Notes: generated by a model not told the origin, from the sequence alone. A stretch of 64,000 nt of DNA from Cyanobacteria bacterium P01_F01_bin.150 (GCA_039189765.1 JBCCYL010000002.1:64001-128000); one strand, 5' to 3'; shown: positions 1 through 11,071, counted from the first letter of the stretch. Numbers and translations: made by a program.

Positions 1-957
1 CCATTGGAGACAGAATAAACTATTGAAGTTTTACCCCCAAGTTTATATACTTCCAAACATTGAGTTCTTGGATTAGGAGTAAGTCCCTCTTAGCATTAGC
101 TTAAGATATAAAACTCACACCAGCATCTCACGCATATCATAATAAAGTTGATTGCTAAGTATTTTCACCTACTTTTCAGTGCTTTAATATACGTCTCATT
201 GATTTTGATAGCAGCAATGTCAACTCGGATTGTGAGTGTTCTAAAGCAAGCAAGTCATCCTCTTCACCTTGAGGAAAATTGGAGGAGTGTCTGCCATAGC
301 CTTGGGGTATCTTGTATTCAAATACTCTTCTCAAGGCATATTTTGAGTAGCCAACTTTGCTTTCTCATGGTTCAGAATATAATTTACATCGCTAATCCTC
401 AGCAAGAGCAATAACATCACTCTCTATGGCAATACCGCCTTGGTTTCTCGTGCTTGGAAGACCAAGTATTTTTACTTATAAACTGTATCTTGATGTGTAT
501 TCTAAACTCACTTTGGTCAGTAGCGTTTTTCCTGAATTATCACCTGGATTTGATTTGACAAAGCTTTTGCAGACATCAATTGTGATTATGTTAAGATCTA
601 GGAATCGCATGGTCTTTGTAGCGATTGACACTCCTACTAGATCTACACATCTATTTTTTTGAGATGAATAAAATTTAAGCGAAAGTTCAGCGTGCAACTT
701 TCCTAAGGAGTTGCGTTTGTTGTTCTTAAGAATACAATAAGCTTTATGATCCACATATCATTTTTTTTCAGGCAGAATATAGAATGGGCTGTACTTTACT
801 AGCAGGCTTCCATTGAAGCGGAGAACTTTTCAGAGATAGTAATTTAGCACTCTCTGATTCCACTCCTTTGACTCTGGCACATCTCTTAATCATATTTATT
901 ATTCAAGCAATTTCGTCTAAATTCTGTTTTTAGCAGCTATTTAATGACACAAATTCA

Positions 958-2055
958 ATGGATCCCTCAATTCTTGTTGTTGGAAATCAAATACTGCACC
1001 GTATCATCGCGAAATTACTATCCAAGGCTCAAGATTTGGTTCTAGGAACTGTTGAAGTTGCAGATGCAGAATCTATCATTCATGCCCAACAGCCTGACAT
1101 TCTGATTGTTCAAGCAGATGATTGTGCTGCTGTGAGCTTATCCCAGCGTATTCAACAGCAAAGCCGCCTGACATGGATTTATCAGATTTTTGTGGGACAT
1201 TCCTTAAACGAGCAAGTACGCGAGATGGAATTAGACATTGCAAAAGCCCTCGAACAAGGGGCAGACAGCTATTTCTCAAGTCTTACATTAATTGAGTTGG
1301 AGGAATCAATGTCAGAGGGACGAATTGACGTGCTTGAGAATCAGCAAAGGCTGCTGAAGGCACATATACGTGCAGGCTTACGTCGCGTTCAAAAAAACCG
1401 AGAGCTAGTTCAGGCCAATGATTTACTCTCTTCAATCGCACTCTCTGATCCACTAACGGAACTTAATAATCGTCGAGCATTTGAATGGGAACTGCCTCGG
1501 CAAATCCAGGCTGCTCGAGCACGTGCAATGCCCGTGAGTTTGCTGATGTTAGACATTGACTTCTTTAAGAGAATTAACGATCAACATGGTCATATTGTCG
1601 GAGATCAAGCATTACAGATGGTTGCCAATCGAATACGAAACAATCTTAGATTTTATGACACCCCATTTCGATATGGAGGAGAGGAATTTTCTATTATTCT
1701 CAATAATACTCCTCTGCAAGATGCAATCCAGATAGGTCAAAGAATTTGTCATCTAATTTCAGAGCAACCCTTTGTTATTGATGCTAAGTTGCAATTGAAC
1801 ATTACATTGAGTATCGGTAGTGCATCACTCATCATGGAAGATGATGATAAGGGACTGAGCTTATTGCATCGGGCCGATCAAAATTTGCTGATAGCCAAGG
1901 AAAGTGGACGAAATCAGTTAGTTAGTGATAAGGCTCACCGCAACATAGTTCACGGACAGGGTGAAGAGAACTCTAATGATCTGGACGATAGTTCTTCTCT
2001 CGATCACAGCCAGCCTCATTCTCTAATGCACCTTAGTCAGAAAGTCATAATCTAA
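958..2055 (+). CDS. Diguanylate cyclase (pseudo-receiver + GGDEF)
   Basis: SDPLTELNNRR, LLMLDIDFFKRINDQHGH, RYGGEEF active site with RxxD (RFYD) I-site; N-terminal REC-like region has PDILIVQ (Q at the usual phospho-Asp position). Confidence 0.9.
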   Translation: MDPSILVVGNQILHRIIAKLLSKAQDLVLGTVEVADAESIIHAQQPDILIVQADDCAAVSLSQRIQQQSRLTWIYQIFVGHSLNEQVREMELDIAKALEQGADSYFSSLTLIELEESMSEGRIDVLENQQRLLKAHIRAGLRRVQKNRELVQANDLLSSIALSDPLTELNNRRAFEWELPRQIQAARARAMPVSLLMLDIDFFKRINDQHGHIVGDQALQMVANRIRNNLRFYDTPFRYGGEEFSIILNNTPLQDAIQIGQRICHLISEQPFVIDAKLQLNITLSIGSASLIMEDDDKGLSLLHRADQNLLIAKESGRNQLVSDKAHRNIVHGQGEENSNDLDDSSSLDHSQPHSLMHLSQKVII

Positions 2056-2163
2056 GGCTTTTCCCATACACAAGAGCGTGTTTTGAAGGTTTCAATGAAG
2101 TCTATAGATAAGATTCTATTCACAATATGTGTTTGCTACGCCATTGGTGACTCTATTGAATGC

Positions 2164-2397
2164 TCAATCATCAGCTTTCAAGGACTGCCATCCTGGTAGC
2201 CATAATGCCCTGTTTTTTAATGACGTTGCATTAACCCAGAAGCGAACAGTATCATCGCAAGCCGCAACCATCTCCGCAAATACCAATGCCTTTTGATTTT
2301 TTCGATTAGCGACTTGAAAATGCCGCCATCCCCACATTTCACTAGAGGATGTCCACTTTGAGTTGATAAGGTGCGGAAATTTTTGCTTCTTGGCCAT
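2164..2397 (-). CDS. Small Trp-rich conserved protein (TIGR02450-like)
   Basis: SKWT..WGWRHFQV..RFWVN..LKNRALWLPGW pattern. Confidence 0.8.
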   Translation of the reverse strand: MAKKQKFPHLINSKWTSSSEMWGWRHFQVANRKNQKALVFAEMVAACDDTVRFWVNATSLKNRALWLPGWQSLKADD

Positions 2398-3331
2398 TAA
2401 ATTACTGCTTGAATGTGTTCATAGAATATCTCATTCTACTTTTGAGAATCTACTGCTGAGCAGGCATGGGCACAATAACTCAAAAAATAGAGATACAATT
2501 TGTTTAAGTAAATATAACTAGTCAGAACTAGGCAGGTCCACATATAGCTTGCGTCATCTTTACAGAGATAGCGTAATTTGAAGACATTTGACTATCCTCA
2601 TAACTCATCCCAGCGGGTATTTCTTTTGCATGAGAAAAACGATGCAACGAGGAAACTTTTAAGCATGGACGCCAAGTTCTTGGAGCGGATGCGAGCCTGA
2701 TGATTCAAATATCATCGAAGGGCTTTTATAGAATTCAGTCATTTGGCTGAATTCTATTCAGCCATTCAGCCGAACTCGTTTCTATGCTATCATCTGCTAC
2801 ATTGTATTTATGTAGATACGCGGAAAAGCAAAAGAACGGCGATGATGCTAGCGCTTCATCTGCTTTATGTTTGGGTCTATCATAGGCTATACATAGTTTT
2901 AAGTTAGTCTGACGCACATAGAGGAAGTGCAGATTACTGAAACATTCATAATTTATAACTTATTCCATAACCCTTAATGATAGGTTTCATGGCTATCTTG
3001 TGATGTTTTGTGATTGATGAAAGTTCAGAAATGAACACATCTTCTGGTTAAAGAGGCTACAATTATAAGCATATTTTCCAAGTTCTATTCCCAAATGCAG
3101 GAGAAAAGTGGTGTGTAGATGCTCATAGATCTGGCAGCTTTATATGACTGAACTCAGGGAAATGTCAGTAGTTTTACGATTGATTTTCACCATTTACTCA
3201 TTTGTGGGATATAACAGGGTAGAACAAGAGAGGAAATTGGTTTTAGAGGAGATAGGTTGATTACAACCTTGTTGAATGTATCTGCGTTAGCATTTTGTTG
3301 TCTTGAACTGTAGGAGCATGAGGAACACGGC

Positions 3332-4462
3332 ATGACCCAGGCTAAAGATGTAATTGGAACGGTCGAAAAACTTACCAGTCAGCCAGACGTATTGGTGATT
3401 CCGAAGGATAAAGATAAAGTTGCAAGTACTGCCAGTACTGAAGCTACGGCTGAGAAGAAGACCAAAGGTCGGACATCTCGTCGCCGAGTTCAGGCAAAGA
3501 AGAAGCATTACACTGAAGATTCGATTCGTTTATATCTTCAGGAGATTGGACGTATCCGTCTTCTAAGAGCGGACGAAGAGATTGAACTTGCACGTAAAAT
3601 TGCTGACCTACTTGAGCTAGAACGCATCCGAGAGAAGATTGCGGATGACTTGGATCTTGATCCAATGGATGTGAAAGATGCTGAATGGGCGGAGAAAGTT
3701 GATATGTCTCTGCCTTCGTTCAGGCGTCGTCTATTTTTGGGGCGTAGGGCAAAGGACAAGATGGTTCAGTCCAATTTGCGTCTTGTAGTCTCTATTGCTA
3801 AGAAGTACATGAATCGTGGCTTGTCTTTTCAAGACTTGATTCAGGAAGGAAGTCTTGGCTTGATTCGTGCTGCGGAAAAGTTTGATCACGAGAAAGGGTA
3901 CAAGTTTTCCACTTATGCAACTTGGTGGATTCGTCAGGCCATTACTCGGGCGATCGCTGACCAGTCTCGCACTATTCGTCTACCGGTTCACTTATACGAA
4001 ACTATTTCTAGGATCAAGAAGACGACTAAGCTTCTCTCTCAGGAAATGGGGCGTAAGCCAACCGAAGAAGAAATTGCAACTCGTATGGAAATGACGATTG
4101 AGAAGTTGCGTTTCATTGCCAAATCTGCTCAACTTCCCATCTCTCTCGAAACTCCTATTGGAAAAGAAGAGGATTCTCGTCTAGGTGACTTTATTGAGTC
4201 TGATGGTGAGACCCCTGAGGACCAAGTTTCCAAGAGCCTGCTGCGAGAAGATTTGGAAAGTGTGCTAGACACACTTAGCCCACGTGAACGTGATGTCCTA
4301 AGGTTGCGTTACGGCTTGGACGATGGGCGGATGAAGACGCTGGAGGAGATTGGTCAGATCTTTAACGTAACTCGTGAGCGCATTCGTCAAATTGAGGCAA
4401 AAGCGTTACGGAAGCTGCGTCATCCTAATCGTAACAGTGTCTTAAAGGAGTACATTCGATAG
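3332..4462 (+). CDS. sigA: Principal RNA polymerase sigma factor SigA/RpoD
   Basis: [65 protein letters not shown]. Confidence 0.97.
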   Translation: MTQAKDVIGTVEKLTSQPDVLVIPKDKDKVASTASTEATAEKKTKGRTSRRRVQAKKKHYTEDSIRLYLQEIGRIRLLRADEEIELARKIADLLELERIREKIADDLDLDPMDVKDAEWAEKVDMSLPSFRRRLFLGRRAKDKMVQSNLRLVVSIAKKYMNRGLSFQDLIQEGSLGLIRAAEKFDHEKGYKFSTYATWWIRQAITRAIADQSRTIRLPVHLYETISRIKKTTKLLSQEMGRKPTEEEIATRMEMTIEKLRFIAKSAQLPISLETPIGKEEDSRLGDFIESDGETPEDQVSKSLLREDLESVLDTLSPRERDVLRLRYGLDDGRMKTLEEIGQIFNVTRERIRQIEAKALRKLRHPNRNSVLKEYIR

Positions 4463-4480
4463 GGCCTGCTTAGCATAGAT

Positions 4481-4516
4481 TAAAAAAACAGCGTTTATAT
4501 AAACGCTGTTTTTTTA
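4481..4516. terminator. Bidirectional intrinsic terminator
   Basis: Perfect 36-bp palindrome TAAAAAAACAGCGTTTATATAAACGCTGTTTTTTTA with A7/T7 tails between convergent sigA and the NYN gene. Confidence 0.85.
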
Positions 4517-4607
4517 GTAGAAACATTAGGAGAGTCTCATTCGCCTATCACGGTTAATGACGCATGCTTAGTAATACCAATCATTGCTTGCAGTTCTGAT
4601 GATGATT

Positions 4608-5285
4608 TTACTGAAGGTTGCGTCGAATAGAAGGCACTAGAGTCTCTATGTTAATGTAGCGGTCAGCAAAATCGATTAGTAAATCGCTAGTCATAGACGG
4701 CAGGCTGACAACTTCCATTTGAACACCTTGGTAGGCGACTTTATCAATCGCATAAGCCAGAGCGCCTGTTCCACTTAACAACACAAATGTGTTGCAATAG
4801 TCTGCTAGCATCAACATGTCTACAGCCATTTCTACATCTAGGTTGGCTTTTTTAGATCCGTCTTGATGTTGAATGAGGTCCTTTGACACGACACGGTATC
4901 CATTGCACCTCATCCAGTGAAGAAAATTTTGCTGCTTTTGATTTTGAGGATTGACGCCTGTGTAGAAATAGGCCCGTAATAGCTGGCGATCGCGCGTCAA
5001 ACATTGCAGTAGTTTAATATAGTCAATCTCAAACTCAAGTTGAAGAGCTGCATGGAGTAAGTTTGCGCCATCAATAAAAATAGCAAGTTTTTGACATTGC
5101 CAATCTACTTTGCCTTGATGAAAAGACAAATGACGTGTTCTATCTCGATGATGACTATTTAAGAGTGGCGTTGTGCTTGATGTTGGAGGAGTAAAAACCT
5201 CAAACGGATACTCCTCTCCAGCAAAACTACCACTGATAGGATGGCCTGAATTGCCATTACGCTCAGGACGTGGGAGTAACTGCAT
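4608..5285 (-). CDS. LabA/DUF88-family NYN-domain protein, degenerate active site
   Basis: IFIDGANL, RAYFYTG, KANLDVEMAVDM; SGTGAL in place of the family SGDGDF. Confidence 0.85.
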   Translation of the reverse strand: MQLLPRPERNGNSGHPISGSFAGEEYPFEVFTPPTSSTTPLLNSHHRDRTRHLSFHQGKVDWQCQKLAIFIDGANLLHAALQLEFEIDYIKLLQCLTRDRQLLRAYFYTGVNPQNQKQQNFLHWMRCNGYRVVSKDLIQHQDGSKKANLDVEMAVDMLMLADYCNTFVLLSGTGALAYAIDKVAYQGVQMEVVSLPSMTSDLLIDFADRYINIETLVPSIRRNLQ

Positions 5286-5818
5286 ATGAAATCTGACTTC
5301 TCATACAAAAGCAACTAATTTTTCAAGTAACCATTAATACTTAGGCAAAGCATTACCGCAGTGATGATAATTGCTAAACACTTAGAACTATCTAACAGAA
5401 GAATCTGAGTAAGAATACCTTCCGGTCTTTCATAATACCTATGGCCATTAATGTTTTCTTTATGTCTTATTATTTATTGATGTTTCTCCGTGGTTTGTCG
5501 AGTTCTGTCTCGAAGACATATTATTTATTAATTTTTTTCTATAATTTGTCGAATTTTGTTTCAATGATATGAGGTCATATCATTATTAAGATGGACGCGT
5601 GTAAACGATTATATTGGGAGGTGTTCACGCATGCTTTATTTAAAGTTGTTGCCAAAAGTTGATGCTTAGCAGGATGGTTTTTGGTAAGCCAAATAAAAAA
5701 ACTTAGGATTATGGGTCCTTTCTTAACCAATGAATACAGCTTTAGAGGGCAACTCAACAATGGCAGCTCAAATGGCAGCTCATTGAAGATAGCGGAGTAA
5801 CCTGTTTAATTAATCACC

Positions 5819-6313
5819 ATGACACCTAAATTTACAAGCTCTGAAGCATGGCAACAGGCTGAAATACTTATGCAGCCAACATTTATACGTGTTATCGACA
5901 ATATTCGTAAATGTTTGGAATCCTCAGAATGGGATGGTATTTACCAAGATGTTCTCGTTTGGCCTGACAATGCAACTCCAGAAGATAAAGTGCGAGTAGT
6001 TCAATTGCAAAAGGAATTGGAAACCGCTTTTCCTGAAGAGCTTGGCTCAGTTAAAGCTGCATTGGAGAAATTGCCTAAACCTTTCCCTGGGTATGAATTA
6101 CGTCTGTCCAGAGGAGAAAATCATATCACCATCGATTTGTGGCAAATATGCTATCAGATTTGCTTTTCGAATTATCACCCTATCCAGGTTAGCTCAGTTC
6201 CTGTAGAAGTGGACACTCGGTTGCTTAAGACCAACGGGGAAGTGGATTGGCACCACCTAGATGAAAAGGCTAAAGGGTGTGTTGGAGCGATATTTGCTCG
6301 ATTGCCAGCCTAA
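5819..6313 (+). CDS. Conserved hypothetical cyanobacterial protein
   Basis: AWQQAEILMQPTFIRVIDNIRK...DLWQICYQICF...DWHHLDEKA pattern; clean ORF. Confidence 0.7.
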   Translation: MTPKFTSSEAWQQAEILMQPTFIRVIDNIRKCLESSEWDGIYQDVLVWPDNATPEDKVRVVQLQKELETAFPEELGSVKAALEKLPKPFPGYELRLSRGENHITIDLWQICYQICFSNYHPIQVSSVPVEVDTRLLKTNGEVDWHHLDEKAKGCVGAIFARLPA

Positions 6314-6372
6314 GCAGCGCGTAACGCTAGTCGTAGATTACGGAGGTGTCGCCTCCATCCATCTATAAAGAG

Positions 6373-8484
6373 TTATAAATTAACACAAAGACGAGAAGCC
6401 TCAACTTGCTGAATCGCACGGCATAGAGGCATAGATGGATGGGTGAAAACAACAATCTCTAAATCCGCAGAAAAGCAAAGACCTGCTTTTAACCATTTGG
6501 CAAAGGCTATGTTATTAAGATGGTCAGCCCCTCGCCCTGCAATGAAGCGACGTACGATTCCCAGGATATATATTGGTGGATTGACTGACGATTGCTCTGT
6601 AGAAGGAATATTGGGGGGGAGCGATAATTTCTTAACTAAATAAGCGATCTGGACTTCATCACATTGGCGTAAATACTCGGCGATTTGTTGTCGCTCATCT
6701 GAGGGTAACGCATGATATTCATAGTGATCGTTCAGACGTAGCTTTGCAGATTGGTCTGTGGTACCTGCCCACAGGGCTTGGTGCTGCTGGCGTCGCTGGC
6801 GGTAGAATTCTGCTTTGGTAAATTGCTGTAAAGACTGGTGGACTTCATATAGTAATTCAGCACCAGGAATGACAAAAGCAGGATGATTGGCCATTGCTTG
6901 CTCTAGATGAAAGATTCCTGTCCAATTCTCTTGTTCAACCAGGAGTTTTCCAAAGTAAAAATTAGCGTGGGGATGTTGAGGCGATCGCGCCAAGACCTCT
7001 TGAAATAGCGGAATAGCTCGTCGAGCATCTTGCAATAACCAAGTAAGGTAGGCCCTCTGCCACATTTCTTCAACGGTAAGTGGCAGTACTGGCATAAAGG
7101 TAGAAACTTGATCATGGGAAACATCACCAGCAATCACTTTTTGCTCCAGTCGCTCTAGGCATTGATGCTGTTGTTGGCGGATACGATGTCGAAAATTCCA
7201 GTCTTTTTGATTTTCCTCGACCCAAGCTAAATCTAGCTGATCCATCCACTGCTCTAGCTCTGTACCAAGAAAGTAGTTTGCAGCGGTTTGTGTAGGGGTT
7301 GTTGGTAAAGCATCCAAATCGACCTCATAGTCAAGAGCTTGGAGGCGATCGCTCAAGCAGGGATGAGTATCGTCATTATTAGTGGTGTTCATCAGCGCTA
7401 ACTCTATCGTAGAGCGAGCATCTTCTATGGATGGCCCCCGCTTAAGCCGGTTTAAAACGCCAGTAATAGTGTGATTAGGAGGATGGGCTAATCCATCAGT
7501 TTGCTTGTAAACGCTGGGCCAAATCGATGCGTAGAGAAAATGGCTGTAGATACGTAGTTGCAGCAATGCTTCAGCTTTGGGTTTGACCCCGACCCACTTT
7601 GCCGCAGCTCGATCGGCTTCATACTCATTGGCACGAGCTAGTACAAAGGAATATGCTTTGAAAAAGGGACCGTACCATTGGAAAAAACGACCAAATAACC
7701 AGCCGCCTTGGTGAGTTAGCTCAAACTGTTCAGCTAGGTCAAACCACACTCGTCTAACTTGATATATCCAACTAGAAAACCGCCCATCGTTGCCTGCTAA
7801 GTGGCCCAATTCATGAACCATAACTGCCTGAAATTGCTTCGGGGAAAGAACCTGCATCAATGGCAGACCTAGCAATAGATAGTTTTTGGTCCAGCCAATG
7901 ATTCCAAAGCGAGGGCGCTGAGCAACGGCAGCATTTAAGTCATCAGTGAGTAAGACGTTGTGAAATCGAGGAGCGTTAAGGGATTGGCTAAAACGGTCAA
8001 TTTCTCTAAACAGAACTGGGGCTTGCGATCGCTTTATTGCGATACCTTTTGGAGCTGGAATATAGGTCAAAAATAGTCGGATAATTCCTAGACCTATTAT
8101 TACAATAATGGGGTCAATGGATGAGGCAGCCCCCATGCCATTACGCACTAAAAAATACCGCAAACTAAACAGCAATGAACATAATAGGGTGAATATAAAA
8201 ATAATATAGACGTACCCTAAAATGGCTAAAATTCTTAATCTTAATCGATAGTATTTGGGGTGACGAGAGGCCTGATTTTCAATACGTTTAACAAATGCAT
8301 CAAACTGTTCTGGGGACTGGGGATTCAAAAGGAAGGGCAAGGGGGCGGACTTAATAACCGAAACTTGAGGCCAAGAAGAAAGGCGGGTGCGATAATTAGA
8401 GGCAAGAAATTTAAGGAGAAAGTTAATGTATCGTGATACTGAATTCCTCATCAGGGAGACAGACGTTAAGGTTGACCACTTCAA
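6373..8484 (-). CDS. M48-family membrane zinc metallopeptidase with C-terminal TPR-like region (start uncertain)
   Basis: Two N-terminal TM segments, HELGH zinc motif, EYEAD, THPCLSDRL; helical repeat in C-terminal half. Confidence 0.85.
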   Translation of the reverse strand: MKWSTLTSVSLMRNSVSRYINFLLKFLASNYRTRLSSWPQVSVIKSAPLPFLLNPQSPEQFDAFVKRIENQASRHPKYYRLRLRILAILGYVYIIFIFTLLCSLLFSLRYFLVRNGMGAASSIDPIIVIIGLGIIRLFLTYIPAPKGIAIKRSQAPVLFREIDRFSQSLNAPRFHNVLLTDDLNAAVAQRPRFGIIGWTKNYLLLGLPLMQVLSPKQFQAVMVHELGHLAGNDGRFSSWIYQVRRVWFDLAEQFELTHQGGWLFGRFFQWYGPFFKAYSFVLARANEYEADRAAAKWVGVKPKAEALLQLRIYSHFLYASIWPSVYKQTDGLAHPPNHTITGVLNRLKRGPSIEDARSTIELALMNTTNNDDTHPCLSDRLQALDYEVDLDALPTTPTQTAANYFLGTELEQWMDQLDLAWVEENQKDWNFRHRIRQQQHQCLERLEQKVIAGDVSHDQVSTFMPVLPLTVEEMWQRAYLTWLLQDARRAIPLFQEVLARSPQHPHANFYFGKLLVEQENWTGIFHLEQAMANHPAFVIPGAELLYEVHQSLQQFTKAEFYRQRRQQHQALWAGTTDQSAKLRLNDHYEYHALPSDERQQIAEYLRQCDEVQIAYLVKKLSLPPNIPSTEQSSVNPPIYILGIVRRFIAGRGADHLNNIAFAKWLKAGLCFSADLEIVVFTHPSMPLCRAIQQVEASRLCVNL

Positions 8485-8686
8485 ACATCCTCTGTTATAG
8501 CAATCCTGACAGATTTCGGATCATGTATTTTCCTCTTGACGGGGATCAACTCAAAACATGAAGAAATGCATACACAAAACAGTATGCACGAAACGGTATG
8601 ATGTACAAGCCCAATTTTGATGCGTTGTGTGTTTAAAATTCAGGTATTGGGTCAGTCGTCAAGGAAGATGGGAGAACAGAGCACAT

Positions 8687-9763
8687 ATGGATATGGCAGC
8701 ACTGGGAACGTTGGTATTTGGACTAGTGCTGTTAGTAGCCGGAGCAGAAGTATTTGTTCGAGGGGCATCTCAACTGGCTGTATTGCTGGGTGTGGCACCT
8801 CTAATTATTGGATTAACTATTGTTGCCTACGGCACGAGTGCACCAGAAATGGCAGTGAGCCTTCAGTCAGGCTTTAACCCAAATGCAGTGGGCATTTCTA
8901 TTGGCAATGTAGTCGGCAGCAATATTTGCAATGTGTTGTTCATTCTGGGCACGTCAGCCATGATTGCCCCATTGATTGTAGCTCAGCAGCTAGTGAAGCT
9001 GGATGTGCCCATTATGATCGGAGTGTCTTTGCTGCTAGTCTTGCTAGCTCAAGATGGTAATTTAGGTCGCCTAGACGGAATGCTACTGCTTATCGGAGCG
9101 GTCATTTATACTGTCTTTTTGTTCTCCCAAGGACGAGAGGATGACGCAGAAGATTATGATCCTGAAGAAGCCCGTAAACAACGAAGTAGTATGGGTATTT
9201 GGGGACTGAACATTGCTCTTATTGCTTTAGGTGGAGCGATGCTGACATTCGGCTCCAGCTTTTTTGTCAATGGTGCAGTAAAGATTGCGCAGTATTTGGG
9301 TCTTAGCAATCTAATTATTGGCTTAACCATAGTTGCGCTAGGAACGTCTTTACCAGAGGCTGCTACTTCTGTTGTTGCCAGCATGAAAGGCGAACGAGAT
9401 ATTGCAGTAGGAAATGTGGTGGGCAGCAATATTTTCAATATTTTGGCGGTATTAGGTGTGGCGGGTATATTTTCTCCTACAGGAATTGAAGTTTCTGCCG
9501 CTGCCTTGAACTTTGATATCCCAGTGATGGTCGCGGTGGCGATCGCCTGTCTTCCCATTTTCTTTTCTGGCAACGTTATTTCCCGATGGGAAGGCATTGT
9601 ATTTCTTGCCTACTATATCGCCTACGTCGGATACGTTATCTTAGACGCCACTGAGCACGATAGTTTACCAATCTATAGTGGAGTCCTGGCAACGTTTGTC
9701 ATTCCCCTTACCGTTATCACATTGTTTATCATTGTAGCAAGGGAATTGCGTAAACAAGCATAG
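8687..9763 (+). CDS. Ca2+/Na+ antiporter (YrbG/CaCA family)
   Basis: Two alpha repeats GTSAPE / GTSLPE and GNVVGSNI x2; ATG 8687 preferred (GGAG upstream) over GTG 8627. Confidence 0.92.
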   Translation: MDMAALGTLVFGLVLLVAGAEVFVRGASQLAVLLGVAPLIIGLTIVAYGTSAPEMAVSLQSGFNPNAVGISIGNVVGSNICNVLFILGTSAMIAPLIVAQQLVKLDVPIMIGVSLLLVLLAQDGNLGRLDGMLLLIGAVIYTVFLFSQGREDDAEDYDPEEARKQRSSMGIWGLNIALIALGGAMLTFGSSFFVNGAVKIAQYLGLSNLIIGLTIVALGTSLPEAATSVVASMKGERDIAVGNVVGSNIFNILAVLGVAGIFSPTGIEVSAAALNFDIPVMVAVAIACLPIFFSGNVISRWEGIVFLAYYIAYVGYVILDATEHDSLPIYSGVLATFVIPLTVITLFIIVARELRKQA

Positions 9764-9771
9764 GCGCTTAA

Positions 9772-9820
9772 AGGCAGAAGGCAGAAATCCAAAATCCAAA
9801 ATCTAAAATCCAAAATTCAA
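9772..9820. repeat. Short tandem heptamer repeats (STRR-type): AGGCAGA x2, then AAAATC[C/T] ~5x
   Basis: aggcagaaggcagaaatccaaaatccaaaatctaaaatccaaaattcaa. Confidence 0.8.
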
Positions 9821-10489
9821 ATGTCTGCCCCACCAATTGACAAATTTAATAACCGTCGAGACGCTGGGCAACAATTGGCTTCCAGATTGAATAGTTATGG
9901 CGATTGCTCCGATGCTATTGTGTTGGCCTTGCCTCGGGGTGGAGTGCCGGTGGGATATGAAATTGCTATTGCGCTGCATATACCTCTAGATGTATGTCTG
10001 GTGCGTAAATTGGGAGTGCCTACCCAACCAGAATTGGCAATGGGAGCAATCGCACCGGGAAATATTTGTTTACTTAACCACGTCTTGATTCAAAAGCTGC
10101 GTATTTCGAGGGCGGCGATCGCTACCGTGCAGAAACAGGAAAAAGCTGAATTGGCAAGACGACAACAGGCTTATCGTTTACCCAATGTGCCGATGCCAAC
10201 CCTTGCTGGTAAAACGGTAATTCTCGTAGATGACGGTATTGCCACTGGCTCCACATTTCGGGCGGCGATCGCCACTGTTGAGCGTCACTCTCCCCGTCAA
10301 ATTATTGCAGCTATTCCTGTTGCTTCTCCCTCTGCATGTCAAGAGCTATCCGCACTGGTGGATCGAGTGGAGTGCTTAATTGAACCGCCCGATTTGATGG
10401 CCATTGGTCGTTGGTATAAGGATTTTTCCCAAACTAGTGATGATGAGGTGCGATCGCTTCTTCAGAGTGCTTGTGAGCAGGGGAGTTAG
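9821..10489 (+). CDS. Phosphoribosyltransferase-family protein
   Basis: LALPRGGVPV, VRKLGVP, VILVDDGIATG PRPP-binding motif. Confidence 0.9.
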   Translation: MSAPPIDKFNNRRDAGQQLASRLNSYGDCSDAIVLALPRGGVPVGYEIAIALHIPLDVCLVRKLGVPTQPELAMGAIAPGNICLLNHVLIQKLRISRAAIATVQKQEKAELARRQQAYRLPNVPMPTLAGKTVILVDDGIATGSTFRAAIATVERHSPRQIIAAIPVASPSACQELSALVDRVECLIEPPDLMAIGRWYKDFSQTSDDEVRSLLQSACEQGS

Positions 10490-10534
10490 GGAGTTAGGGA
10501 GTTGGGGAGTTGGGGAGTTGGGGAGTTGGGGAGT
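10481..10534. repeat. Octamer tandem repeat GGGAGTT[A/G], 6-7 copies
   Basis: Read directly between the convergent PRTase and GNAT genes. Confidence 0.85.
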
Positions 10535-10555
10535 AAAAGGAGTGGGTGTGACGCT

Positions 10556-11071
10556 TTAGAGGAATTTGTCGTAGCAGTAGTAGGGTTTGTCTTTGCCATT
10601 GGCGATCATCTCTCCGGTTTTGATGTAGCCTTTGCGTTCCAGAAATTTCTGCATACGTTGGTTGGTGCTGTGGGTGTCCACTTTGATATAGGTGATGTTT
10701 TGAGCCTGGGCTAGCTGACAGGCAAAGCTTTCTAAAGCAGAGGCAACGCCTTGGTTGCGGTTGTGGATAGAGACGGCAAAGCGATGGATAACAAGAAAGG
10801 GGCGATCGCTCCGCCAGGCCATGGCATCGTATCCATCGGGTTCTTCGTTATCTACCACAATAAAGCCCATGGCATTAGACAAAGTACTCCCGTTCTTTTG
10901 ATCTTTGGCAATATACAGCGCTTGATTATCGACATCTTGGATAAAGCGATCGCGTTTAGGATAGGTCTCGTCCCACTGATTGTTGCCGTAAGTTTTCATT
11001 TCAGTGACGGTCTCTTGAACAATGGTTAATACAGCGTCAATGTCGGTGATAGTTCCTGGAAGAATATTCAT
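10556..11071 (-). CDS. GNAT-family N-acetyltransferase
   Basis: VIHRFAV..RNQGVA acetyl-CoA motif; DTHSTNQRMQKFLERKGY. Confidence 0.88.
   Translation of the reverse strand: MNILPGTITDIDAVLTIVQETVTEMKTYGNNQWDETYPKRDRFIQDVDNQALYIAKDQKNGSTLSNAMGFIVVDNEEPDGYDAMAWRSDRPFLVIHRFAVSIHNRNQGVASALESFACQLAQAQNITYIKVDTHSTNQRMQKFLERKGYIKTGEMIANGKDKPYYCYDKFL

Noticed and set aside
148..754. Short ORFs 148-414, 426-662 and 476-754
   Set aside because: Overlapping, AT-rich, no recognisable motifs; probably non-coding
2400..3330. Possible ncRNA or riboswitch in the long sigA upstream region
   Set aside because: No motif or strong structure I could recognise; an Rfam/Infernal scan would be needed
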